Assembly: GCA_045617785.1 (NCBI GenBank) | Contig: JAZLJH010000024.1 | Location: 10,936 to 74,935, forward strand | Direction of reading: 5' to 3' | Length of the DNA: 64,000 nt | From: Acutalibacteraceae bacterium | Lineage (GTDB): Bacteria > Bacillota > Clostridia > Oscillospirales > Acutalibacteraceae | Part shown: positions 37,326 through 46,194 of the stretch, one piece after another | Position numbering within the stretch: position 1 is the stretch's first letter | Layout: every line of letters begins with the position of its first letter | Translations under genes and position numbers: made by a program | The notes under the pieces: generated by a model | What the model saw: the letters and a program-made list of their open reading frames with translations, nothing else | Told to the model about the DNA's origin: nothing | Databases searched by the model: none

Positions 37326-37930
37326 TGAGCGACAAGGTTTTTCTTATAGCCACCCACAATATGAAAAAGCGCGAGGAGCTTTACAGAATACTTTCGCCTT
37401 TGGGTATTGATGTTAAAACCGCCGAGCAGGCGGGCGTTACAATCACCGATGTTGAGGAAACGGGCGAGACCTTTTACGAAAATGCCTACCTCAAAGCCAA
37501 AAGCGGCTGCGATGAAAGCGGTATGATTTGCGTAGCCGATGATTCCGGACTTTGCGTGGATTATCTCGCATTTGCTCCCGGTGTGTATTCCGCCCGCTTT
37601 GCAGGCGGCCACGGCGATGACGAGAAAAATATGCAGAAGCTTCTGAAGCTTATGAGCGATGTTCCCGTTGAGGAACGCAAGGCACGCTATGTCAGCGTTG
37701 TTTGCTGCGTTTTTCCGAATGGCGACATTATTTCCGCCCGCGGCGAATGCGAGGGTTACATAGGCTTTGAAAAGCGCGGTGACGGAGGCTTCGGCTATGA
37801 CCCGATTTTTATGGTCGGCGACAAAAGTATGGCGGAGCTCACCTCTGTCGAAAAGGATGGAATCAGCCACCGTGGTAATGCTCTGCGCCTGCTTTGTGAA
37901 AAACTGCGCGAATATTATTCCTCAAAATAA
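37325..37930 (+). CDS. rdgB: non-canonical purine NTP pyrophosphatase (RdgB/HAM1 family)
   Basis: ATHNMKKREE, ADDSGLCVD and GGFGYDPIF motifs. Confidence 0.9.
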   Translation: MSDKVFLIATHNMKKREELYRILSPLGIDVKTAEQAGVTITDVEETGETFYENAYLKAKSGCDESGMICVADDSGLCVDYLAFAPGVYSARFAGGHGDDEKNMQKLLKLMSDVPVEERKARYVSVVCCVFPNGDIISARGECEGYIGFEKRGDGGFGYDPIFMVGDKSMAELTSVEKDGISHRGNALRLLCEKLREYYSSK

Positions 37931-38397
37931 ACGGTTATTACCGTTCCCGCATCAAGCGAATCCACATTTATACCGACGCCATCTGCGTCGGTTATTTTTG
38001 TCTGCGGATGCGGTGCGGCGGCGTACTCGAATATGCCGCCAATGTCGAGCAGCGCAATCTTTTCATCATCGTTCACAAAAGCGTAAATGCAGTTTTCGCA
38101 GAACCCGACAGTTGTTTCGCTTTTCTGCGCCCCGTCAGGCAAAACTATATCCATAGCGGTAAGTCTGTTCTTTTTATCCTTTGCAAACCGTATCATTATA
38201 TCGTGCCCGTCAATGTTAAAATACTTTGTGTATTTATCGTTTTCGGCAATAAAACCGTCTGCGTTTACGGCGTATTCTTCACTGCGGATTTTCGTTCGCA
38301 CACAAAAAGAATTAAGGTCATTTCCGTACTTTTGAACTGAACATCCGCCAAATATCAATAATAGAAAAATAACAACGGCAATTCGCGCTTTTTTCAT
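37915..38397 (-). CDS. lipoprotein of unknown function
   Basis: MKKARIAVVIFLLLIFGGC signal peptide with lipobox. The start is placed at ATG 38397. Confidence 0.6.
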   Translation of the reverse strand: MKKARIAVVIFLLLIFGGCSVQKYGNDLNSFCVRTKIRSEEYAVNADGFIAENDKYTKYFNIDGHDIMIRFAKDKKNRLTAMDIVLPDGAQKSETTVGFCENCIYAFVNDDEKIALLDIGGIFEYAAAPHPQTKITDADGVGINVDSLDAGTVITVYFEE

Positions 38398-38523
38398 CTT
38401 TTTCACCCTCAAAATTAACATTTATGTAACAAATTTACATACACATATTGTATAATAATCTTTATGTTGTTATAGTATATCTTGTTGCAGATAATTATAT
38501 ATATGAAATCGGATTGATGATTT

Positions 38524-41079
38524 ATGAAAAATAATTTCAAAAAAATACTTTGTATTTTATGTGCGTGCGCCGTTCTGTTTTCCGCGTTTTCAACGGTCGT
38601 GCTTGCGGCATACCCGTCGGGCATTACTGCCGAAAACTGTGCCGCGGCGTTAACGGGGACCGATGCTCTTGTAAATAACGCCGTACCCGCGCTTACGGGG
38701 CAGACACTCGAACAACTCTTAAAGGGTATGCTTTATAACAGCGATACACTTTCATCGCTTCTTAAAGGCTTCTATGCGAGTATGCAGCAGAGTTCATCCG
38801 AAATAGGCCTGCTCGGCATTGATACCTCTGTCGGCGCGGTTGCCGCAGGGCTTACCGCATACCCCGAGGTTTATGCGGCTCTCTCCGATGCTTCGGATTG
38901 GAACGGTGTTGACCTTAACGGCGTCGATTGGGGCGTTACCGACCGTGAAAGCTTTGCCGATGCGCTCGGCTGCTCACTTTCACCGCTGAACAATATTCTT
39001 TATATGCTCCTTTGCGGCGGCGATTTCAAGCTTGCCTCGTTCATTACGATAAAGGGTAATGCGAACGGCTACGAAAAGGGGATAGTCCCCATACTCAAAG
39101 CCGCAGGCTGCGAGAATTTTATGTCGCAGAGCGAGTTCACTGCCGCAGCCGATGAAAACAAAAATTCAATGGTTACAAATATCCTGCTTCCCGTGCTTGC
39201 AAAGCTTGAAAACTCACTCGATACACCTGCTGCCGAGCTTACCGCAATGCTTACAAACCTTGCATATTTCAACGAGTGCGGCGGCTTCAAAAGCAGTATG
39301 CAGGCGCTTCTTTCGCCCGTGCTTGACAATCCGCTTGTTGAAATAGCGGTTTTTCTCAAAATACTTAATCTTGATGAAACCTTTGACCTTAACAGTATGG
39401 TCAATAATATAATTTCGCAGGCCCCTGCGGATTCGGGTATTACCGTTCCCGAGGTCGATTTACACGCGCTTGCCGCCTGCGGTACGGTCAGCGGCACTAC
39501 CTTTACTGCGGATTTACCTGCCGCATATTGCGAAATTCTGCGCTGGCTTGCCCAAACACTTAAGCTCAACGGCGAAAAGCTTCCCGCAGTTCTTGCGCAG
39601 AACGGTGAAGTCGCACTTCCCGCGGGTATGCTCAACTCGTTCCTTGCAAAGGATACCGACGAGCTCACCGCAGCGCTTATCCGTCTGTTTGACCCTGCCG
39701 ATTTGCCGGCACCCGCGGCTATGGTTTACCCCGCGCACACTCCGCTTACGGTAACATACACGCCCAACCTCACAAAAGAAAATTATGATAAGGTGCTCGA
39801 TGAAATCGACGGCATTCTCGACCAGCTTGTTAAAGACAGCTTCGGTTACAGTTCGGTTTACTCATTCCTTGCGTGTTCCGTTTACACAAACGAAAATGTA
39901 AACAGCCTGCTCACCGGGCTTTACGGCGAGCTTGAAAAGCAGGGCTTGGCGGATACCTTAAAGCTTCTCGGTATGGATATAACCCCCGCAGGTGTTGCCG
40001 CAAAGCTCACCGAGGGCGGTTACTCCGATGCTCGCAGCGCTCTCAAAAAAGCCGAAAAATGGTCTTCCGTAAAACTCGGCGGCGTTTCGTGGAATTTCTA
40101 TGACGGCTCACGCGTCGGTTTTGAAAATGCTCTTACCGCGGCGCTTCGCCCGTTGTTCCCTGCATTGAGACTTGTGCTTTCGGGTGAAGACCTTGTTATT
40201 CTCGGCGGTATAAAGCTCAAGGGCGGTGACGGCTACAATACCGCAATAATCCCCGTGCTTGAAGCACTCGGCTGCGACGCCGACAGTATCCCCGATTACA
40301 AGCAGTACCGCAAGTATTACGATACCGACGGCGTTGTAAAAGAAATTTTAGAGCCCGTCTTCGATTTGCTTGACGATGTGTTTGACCGCCCCGTATATAC
40401 GCTTACGGGCATCCTGCCGAACATAATGTATTTTCTCAACAGCGGCTCGCTTGAAAAGTGCCTTGAAAATCTCATGCTGCCGCTTACGGCGCTTGCCGAA
40501 ACATTTTCGGTCGATATGGGCGCTCTCGGCAATGCTGCTTCACTTACCGAAAAGCTTGATGTTTCCGCGCTCACCGAGTCGCTCACAAAGGATCTCGGTA
40601 TAAAGCTCGCAAAGTTCGATATAAACACGCTTTCGGGTTACGGTATTGCAACCAAACTCAAAAGCAAAACCGTGCTTGACGGTAAGAATACCGAGCGCAC
40701 CTATATTGAAGCTGATAAGACCGCAGTGCTTATGGTGCTTCTGCGCTTCCTTGCCGAAACGCTGCAGACCCCCGGCAATGAAAATCTGCTTGCGGGCTCA
40801 ATGGGCGGCGACGGTGCCATGGCACAGTATTCCGGCTCGATATTCAAGGAGCTTGAGGGTATGTCTCCCGACGAGCTCATTGAATGGCTATACAATCTGC
40901 TTTTTAAGGAACGCGCAAAGGTAGTTATAGAAGAAGGCGATGATTACACACCGCATATAATCTTCCAAAAGCAGGAAAAAGATTACACGGTTGTTAAGGT
41001 TGTGGGCGGCGTTGCCGCATTCGAGCTTGTGCTCGGCATAATTCTTTATCTTAACCGCAAAAAAATGTTCTACGCATAA
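38524..41079 (+). CDS. 851-aa secreted, C-terminally membrane-anchored protein with two homologous ~250-aa modules; function unknown
   Basis: N-terminal signal peptide (ILCILCACAVLFSAFSTVVLA) and C-terminal TM (VVGGVAAFELVLGIILYL). The internal repeat aligns LLGIDTSVGAVAAGLT...GVDW...IKGNANGYEKGIVPILKAAGC with LLGMDITPAGVAAKLT...GVSW...LKGGDGYNTAIIPVLEALGC. Confidence 0.7.
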   Translation: MKNNFKKILCILCACAVLFSAFSTVVLAAYPSGITAENCAAALTGTDALVNNAVPALTGQTLEQLLKGMLYNSDTLSSLLKGFYASMQQSSSEIGLLGIDTSVGAVAAGLTAYPEVYAALSDASDWNGVDLNGVDWGVTDRESFADALGCSLSPLNNILYMLLCGGDFKLASFITIKGNANGYEKGIVPILKAAGCENFMSQSEFTAAADENKNSMVTNILLPVLAKLENSLDTPAAELTAMLTNLAYFNECGGFKSSMQALLSPVLDNPLVEIAVFLKILNLDETFDLNSMVNNIISQAPADSGITVPEVDLHALAACGTVSGTTFTADLPAAYCEILRWLAQTLKLNGEKLPAVLAQNGEVALPAGMLNSFLAKDTDELTAALIRLFDPADLPAPAAMVYPAHTPLTVTYTPNLTKENYDKVLDEIDGILDQLVKDSFGYSSVYSFLACSVYTNENVNSLLTGLYGELEKQGLADTLKLLGMDITPAGVAAKLTEGGYSDARSALKKAEKWSSVKLGGVSWNFYDGSRVGFENALTAALRPLFPALRLVLSGEDLVILGGIKLKGGDGYNTAIIPVLEALGCDADSIPDYKQYRKYYDTDGVVKEILEPVFDLLDDVFDRPVYTLTGILPNIMYFLNSGSLEKCLENLMLPLTALAETFSVDMGALGNAASLTEKLDVSALTESLTKDLGIKLAKFDINTLSGYGIATKLKSKTVLDGKNTERTYIEADKTAVLMVLLRFLAETLQTPGNENLLAGSMGGDGAMAQYSGSIFKELEGMSPDELIEWLYNLLFKERAKVVIEEGDDYTPHIIFQKQEKDYTVVKVVGGVAAFELVLGIILYLNRKKMFYA

Positions 41080-41091
41080 GAGGTGTTTGCC

Positions 41092-43851
41092 ATGTTGATT
41101 TTGAAAAATATAGTTAAAGATTATCAGACGGGCGATACCGCCGTCAGAGCACTTAAAGGCATAAATATAAATTTCCGTGAAAATGAGTTTGTTGCCATAC
41201 TCGGTCCGTCGGGCTGCGGCAAAACAACAATGCTCAACATCATCGGCGGTCTTGACCGCTACACAAGCGGCGACCTTTGCATAAACGGAAAGTCCACCAG
41301 GCACTTTACCGATGATGATTGGGATACTTACAGAAACCACTCCATAGGCTTCATTTTCCAGAGTTATAACCTTATTCCTCACCAGACGGTGCTTTCAAAT
41401 GTCGAGCTTGCGCTCACGCTTTCCGGCGTTTCCAAAAAAGAACGCCGTCAGCGCGCAATAGAAGCACTCAAAAAGGTGGGGCTTGAAAATCAGATTCACA
41501 AAAAGCCCAATCAGATGTCCGGCGGTCAGATGCAGCGCGTCGCCATTGCCCGCGCACTTATAAATGACCCCGATATTCTGCTTGCCGATGAGCCCACCGG
41601 CGCACTCGACAGTGAAACAAGCGTGCAGATCATGGAGCTTCTCAAGGAAATTTCCAAGGATAAGCTCATAATTATGGTTACGCACAACCCCGACCTTGCC
41701 TACGATTATTCAAACCGCATAATCAAATGCCTTGACGGTGAGGTCATTGACGACTCCAACCCCTTTGAACCGAACGAAGCCGATGCCGAAAACGAGCTGC
41801 GCAGGGCAGAGGAAGTCAAGCAAAAGGGCAAAAAGTCAATGTCCTTTACCTCGGCACTCGCATTGAGCGTAAATAACCTGCGCACCAAAAAGGCGAGAAC
41901 GTTCCTTACCGCCTTTGCGGGCAGTATAGGCATAATAGGCATAGCGCTCGTGCTTGCACTTTCAAACGGCATACAGGTCTATATAGACCGTATTCAGGAG
42001 GATATGCTGCTTTCGTTCCCCGTAACTGTTGAAAAGCAGACTATGGATATTGAAAGTATGATGAGCTCGTTCACGGGCATAGGCACCGAGGCTATGGAGG
42101 GTACCCACGGCGAAAGCGAGGAGGGCAAGGTCTATGTAAACCAGTCCTTTATGAAGATGGTAAATGCCTTTATTTCGGAAGCGACCTCCAACAACCTTGA
42201 CAAATTCAGAAACTATATTGAAGATAATAAGGAAGAATTTGACGACTGCTGCAACGATGTTCAGTATAAATACGGCACGCCGCTCAATATCTACCGTGCC
42301 GATACCGAAAACGGACTTATAAAGGTCAACCCCAGCACCATGATGGATAATATGCCTATGGATGAAAGTATGGGTTCCATGGCATCGTCAATGGAGGGTA
42401 TGGCGCAGACTTACAGCGTGTGGACCGAGCTCATAGGCGATAAGCGCCTTATGGATGCGCAGTACGATGTTATTGCGGGCAGAATGCCGGAAAAGTATAA
42501 CGAAGTAGTACTCATTGTTGACGGTAACGATGAAATAAACGAGCTTGTAGTTTATGCCCTTGGTCTTAAAGACCAGAAAAAGTTCGCACAGAATATGATG
42601 CAGGCACTCATAAACGGCGAGGAAATGCAGAGCGAGGATAATATTGAGTATACTTACGACGACATTCTCAATATGAAATTCAAGCTTGTGTTAAGTGCCG
42701 ATTATTTCAAAAAGGACAGTAAAACAGGTCTTTGGATAGATAACAGCGACAACGACTACTATGTAAAAGACCTTGTCGAAAATAAATCGACCGAAATAAA
42801 CATTGTAGGTATTCTTCGCCCCGATAAAGACAATACCCTTTCCGTAGGCACGGGCGGCATCGGCTATATGACCGAGCTTGTGGATTTCGCCGTAACCGAA
42901 AACGCCAAGCGCGACATAGTCAAGCAGCAGCTTGCCGACACTACCACCGATGTTATTACAGGACTTAAATTTTCAAATCTCACGGTCAATGATTTCGACC
43001 TTGCCGATGTTGATTTAAGCCTTATTGATTTCAAATATCTTGATTACACGCCGTTCCTTTCAATGGCGGGCGATATGGATATGGCTGAAGTCAACATAAT
43101 GGATATGGGCTCTATGTTCGGCTTTGACGATATGACGGACCTGCAGAAAAAACTTATGGAGGGCTTTTTGACCGATGAACAGGTGGTTGCCATAAAGCAG
43201 GCGTATGTTGATTCTCTGCAGGCAAAGTGCTCGCTTAACGGCACACTCTCGGCAATCGGTTATTCCACATTTGAAAGCCCCTCGGTTATATGCTTCTACC
43301 CCCGCAGCTTTGAGGATAAGGCAAAGCTCAACGAGCTTATAAGCTACTACAACGAAAAGGTTACTGCCGACGGACATCCCGAATGCAGTATTCAGAGTAC
43401 CGACTATATCGGCATACTTATGGGCAGCATTACGTCCATAATCAATATAGTAACCTATGTTCTTGTTGCATTCGTAGCGATTTCGCTTGTTGTTTCGTCG
43501 ATTATGATAGGCATTATCACCTACATTTCCGTGCTTGAAAGAACAAAGGAAATCGGCATACTGCGCTCCATCGGCGCATCCAAGCGCGATATCGCCCGTG
43601 TCTTCAACGCCGAAACAACGGTTATCGGACTCGGCGCAGGTGTAATAGGCATACTGTCTACGCTTCTTCTTGAAATACCCATTAACCTTATTTTGCGCTA
43701 TGTGGCAAAAATACCCGCGCAGGCGCAGCTTCCCGCACTCGGCGGCGTGATACTTGTAATAATAAGCGTCGGTCTTACGCTTGTGGCAGGTCTTATCCCG
43801 TCAAGAATTGCGGCAAAAAAAGATCCCGTGGAAGCACTGCGTACAGAATAA
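41092..43851 (+). CDS. fused ABC transporter ATP-binding/permease protein (MacB/FtsX type) with a very large extracytoplasmic domain
   Basis: GPSGCGKTT, LSGGQMQRVAIARAL and ILLADEPTGALD motifs. One TM follows, then about 500 aa of extracytoplasmic sequence, then a C-terminal FtsX-type 3-TM bundle (ERTKEIGILRSIGA). ATG 41092 lies 12 nt after the upstream stop. Confidence 0.88.
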   Translation: MLILKNIVKDYQTGDTAVRALKGININFRENEFVAILGPSGCGKTTMLNIIGGLDRYTSGDLCINGKSTRHFTDDDWDTYRNHSIGFIFQSYNLIPHQTVLSNVELALTLSGVSKKERRQRAIEALKKVGLENQIHKKPNQMSGGQMQRVAIARALINDPDILLADEPTGALDSETSVQIMELLKEISKDKLIIMVTHNPDLAYDYSNRIIKCLDGEVIDDSNPFEPNEADAENELRRAEEVKQKGKKSMSFTSALALSVNNLRTKKARTFLTAFAGSIGIIGIALVLALSNGIQVYIDRIQEDMLLSFPVTVEKQTMDIESMMSSFTGIGTEAMEGTHGESEEGKVYVNQSFMKMVNAFISEATSNNLDKFRNYIEDNKEEFDDCCNDVQYKYGTPLNIYRADTENGLIKVNPSTMMDNMPMDESMGSMASSMEGMAQTYSVWTELIGDKRLMDAQYDVIAGRMPEKYNEVVLIVDGNDEINELVVYALGLKDQKKFAQNMMQALINGEEMQSEDNIEYTYDDILNMKFKLVLSADYFKKDSKTGLWIDNSDNDYYVKDLVENKSTEINIVGILRPDKDNTLSVGTGGIGYMTELVDFAVTENAKRDIVKQQLADTTTDVITGLKFSNLTVNDFDLADVDLSLIDFKYLDYTPFLSMAGDMDMAEVNIMDMGSMFGFDDMTDLQKKLMEGFLTDEQVVAIKQAYVDSLQAKCSLNGTLSAIGYSTFESPSVICFYPRSFEDKAKLNELISYYNEKVTADGHPECSIQSTDYIGILMGSITSIINIVTYVLVAFVAISLVVSSIMIGIITYISVLERTKEIGILRSIGASKRDIARVFNAETTVIGLGAGVIGILSTLLLEIPINLILRYVAKIPAQAQLPALGGVILVIISVGLTLVAGLIPSRIAAKKDPVEALRTE

Positions 43852-43855
43852 TCTT

Positions 43856-43897
43856 AAATGGACTGCGAAAAACTTTGGCTTTTCGCAGTCCATTTTT
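43856..43897 (+). terminator. rho-independent terminator
   Basis: AAATGGACTGCGAAAA-loop-TTTTCGCAGTCCATTT followed by TT. Confidence 0.7.
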
Positions 43898-43909
43898 AAC
43901 AATATTTCA

Positions 43910-43938
43910 TTGCAAAAATGAATTTTGTGTGTTAGAAT
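43910..43938 (+). promoter_or_regulatory. sigma-A-like promoter of the sugar cluster
   Basis: TTGCAA, 17 nt, TAGAAT with an upstream TG. Confidence 0.45.
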
Positions 43939-43968
43939 AATGTGAATACATATTGAGGAAGTGTTTAT

Positions 43969-45237
43969 GTGTCTGACAGAGTATTAAAGGTAGGCTTTAT
44001 CGGTGTCAGCGGCAGGGGCTCGGGTATGCTCGATTTGCTTCTGCAGGTCGACAATGTCGAGGTTCCCGCAGTGTGCGACCTTGTGCCCGAAAGAGCCGAA
44101 AGAGGTATAGAAATAGTCGAAAAGCGCAATAACGGCGCTTATCCCGTTCATGCCTATATCGATTATAAAGAGCTTCTTGCAAACGAAAAGCTCGATGCGG
44201 TTATGATATGCACCACATGGATAACCCACGCACGCATAGCGGTCGATGCTATGAAAGCAGGCTGCCATGTTGCATTTGAGGTCGGCGGCGCCGCTTCAAT
44301 AGAAGAATGCTGGCAGCTTGTAAGAACAAGCGAGGAAACCGGCAAAATCTGTATGCTTCTTGAAAATTGCTGCTATTGCCGTAACGAAATGGCGGTATTC
44401 AATATGGTCAAGCAGGGTATTTTCGGCGAGCTCGTTCACATGGAGGGCGGCTATCGCCACGATCTGCGTGATGAAATAGTTTTGGGCAGAGAGAATATCC
44501 ACGGCAGACTTTTCAATTTCCAGCACCGTAACGGCGAGCTTTACCCCACACATCAGCTCGGTCCGATTTCCAAAGCACTCGGCATAAACCGCGGCAACCG
44601 CTTTGTTGCCGTTAATTCCGTAGCAAGCAAGGCACGCGGACTTAATGAGTGGATAAAGAAAAACCGCGGTGAGGATTACGACCTTTACGGTTACGACTTC
44701 AACTGCGGCGATGTGGTTACCACCATTATTAAATGCGCCAATGGCGAAACAATAAAGCTCACACACGACTGCTGCTGCCCCAGACCTTATTCAAGGGATT
44801 ATGTGGTTGAAGGCACAAAGGGCATCTATACTGAGCCCGATGACGGTCAGGGTAAGATTTACATTGACGGACTTTCGGAAAAGCAGCACGAGTGGGACAA
44901 GTTCGATACCTGGCGTGAAAAGTACGAGCATCCGCTCTGGAAGCTCTACGAAGCGGGCGGCATTAAAGCGGGTCACGGCGGTATGGACTACCTCGTTATT
45001 TCCGCATTTATTGATGCGGTGTTTGCAGGCGGTCCCTCGCCCATAGATGTTTACGATACTGCCGCGTGGATGGCAATTACCTGCCTTTCGGAGCAGTCGG
45101 TTGCAATGGGCGGCGCACCCGTTCCCGTACCCGATTTTACAAACGGCAGATGGATAGACCGCGAGCCTTACAGACGCGGTATGTATTGCCTTGAGGAAGT
45201 TTGCGAAGATTATTTTGAGAATGCGGAGATTAAATAA
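43969..45237 (+). CDS. Gfo/Idh/MocA family NAD-dependent enzyme (GH109-like)
   Basis: GTG start after a GAGGAAG RBS. It has a KVGFIGVSGRGSG Rossmann motif and EGGYRHDLRDE, and its C-terminal region resembles NAD-dependent glycosidases. No signal peptide. Confidence 0.75.
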   Translation: MSDRVLKVGFIGVSGRGSGMLDLLLQVDNVEVPAVCDLVPERAERGIEIVEKRNNGAYPVHAYIDYKELLANEKLDAVMICTTWITHARIAVDAMKAGCHVAFEVGGAASIEECWQLVRTSEETGKICMLLENCCYCRNEMAVFNMVKQGIFGELVHMEGGYRHDLRDEIVLGRENIHGRLFNFQHRNGELYPTHQLGPISKALGINRGNRFVAVNSVASKARGLNEWIKKNRGEDYDLYGYDFNCGDVVTTIIKCANGETIKLTHDCCCPRPYSRDYVVEGTKGIYTEPDDGQGKIYIDGLSEKQHEWDKFDTWREKYEHPLWKLYEAGGIKAGHGGMDYLVISAFIDAVFAGGPSPIDVYDTAAWMAITCLSEQSVAMGGAPVPVPDFTNGRWIDREPYRRGMYCLEEVCEDYFENAEIK

Positions 45238-46170
45238 ATGAAATATTATATCGGTGTTGACGGCGGCGGCACAAAAACCGCTTACGCCGTATTTGATGAA
45301 AATAAAAATGTAGTTGCCACTTATGAAGGCCCCGCCTCCAACCACGAAAATATGGAAGGCTCTTTCCCGGAAGCCGCAAAAATAATAGCGCACGGCGTTT
45401 TCGCAGTGCTTGCCGAAGCGGGCAAAACTCTCGGCGATGTCGGCGGCATCCTTATGGGTCTTGCCGGTATCGACCACCCCTATCAGCACGATGCCATGGT
45501 GGAGGAGCTTAAAAAGCACGGCATAAACGATTGCAGAATTTATAACGACGGCTTTATAGTGATCAAAGCGGGCGTGGGTGCAGGCGCAGGCATCGGCTAC
45601 AACTGCGGTACAGGCACCTGCTGCAACTCAATAGACGATAACGGCAATATGCTGCAGGTCGGCGGTTTCGGTGAGCTTTCGGGTGACGAGGGCAACGGCC
45701 ACTGGGTAGCCCAGCAGTCATTCAGAATAGCTTACGATGAGCTTTGCCTCGGCAAAGAGCATTCCGCGGTTACCGATTTTATTGCACGGAAAAGCGGTAT
45801 CGACAGCCGCGAAAAACTGCTTGATGCAATCGCAAAGCTCGAAAGCGAAGAGGCGGAAACATACATAAGAATGCTCATCGTTTCATTCTTCGAGGCGGCG
45901 AACAAAGGCGACAATGCCGCTATGAAGGTCATTGAAGAAATGGCACAGCGCGGTGCGGACTATATATGCGCACACATAATCAAAGCCGAATTTAAGGGCG
46001 ATGTTGTAAATGTCGTTCTTTCCGGCTCCATTCACACAAAGCTTCCGTCGGATGTTTACATAAACAGAATGAAACAGCTTGTCTCTGAAAGAACGGGCAG
46101 AAGCTTCAATTTTATAAAACTCAACTGCGCACCCGTAACTGGCTGCATAAACTGGCTTCTTGAAGATTGA
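45238..46170 (+). CDS. BadF/BadG/BcrA/BcrD-type ATPase (N-acetylglucosamine kinase-like sugar kinase)
   Basis: YIGVDGGGTKT phosphate-1 motif and the ASKHA fold pattern. The start abuts the upstream stop. Confidence 0.8.
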   Translation: MKYYIGVDGGGTKTAYAVFDENKNVVATYEGPASNHENMEGSFPEAAKIIAHGVFAVLAEAGKTLGDVGGILMGLAGIDHPYQHDAMVEELKKHGINDCRIYNDGFIVIKAGVGAGAGIGYNCGTGTCCNSIDDNGNMLQVGGFGELSGDEGNGHWVAQQSFRIAYDELCLGKEHSAVTDFIARKSGIDSREKLLDAIAKLESEEAETYIRMLIVSFFEAANKGDNAAMKVIEEMAQRGADYICAHIIKAEFKGDVVNVVLSGSIHTKLPSDVYINRMKQLVSERTGRSFNFIKLNCAPVTGCINWLLED

Positions 46171-46194
46171 ATTTTTTGAAAGGACTTGATATAT

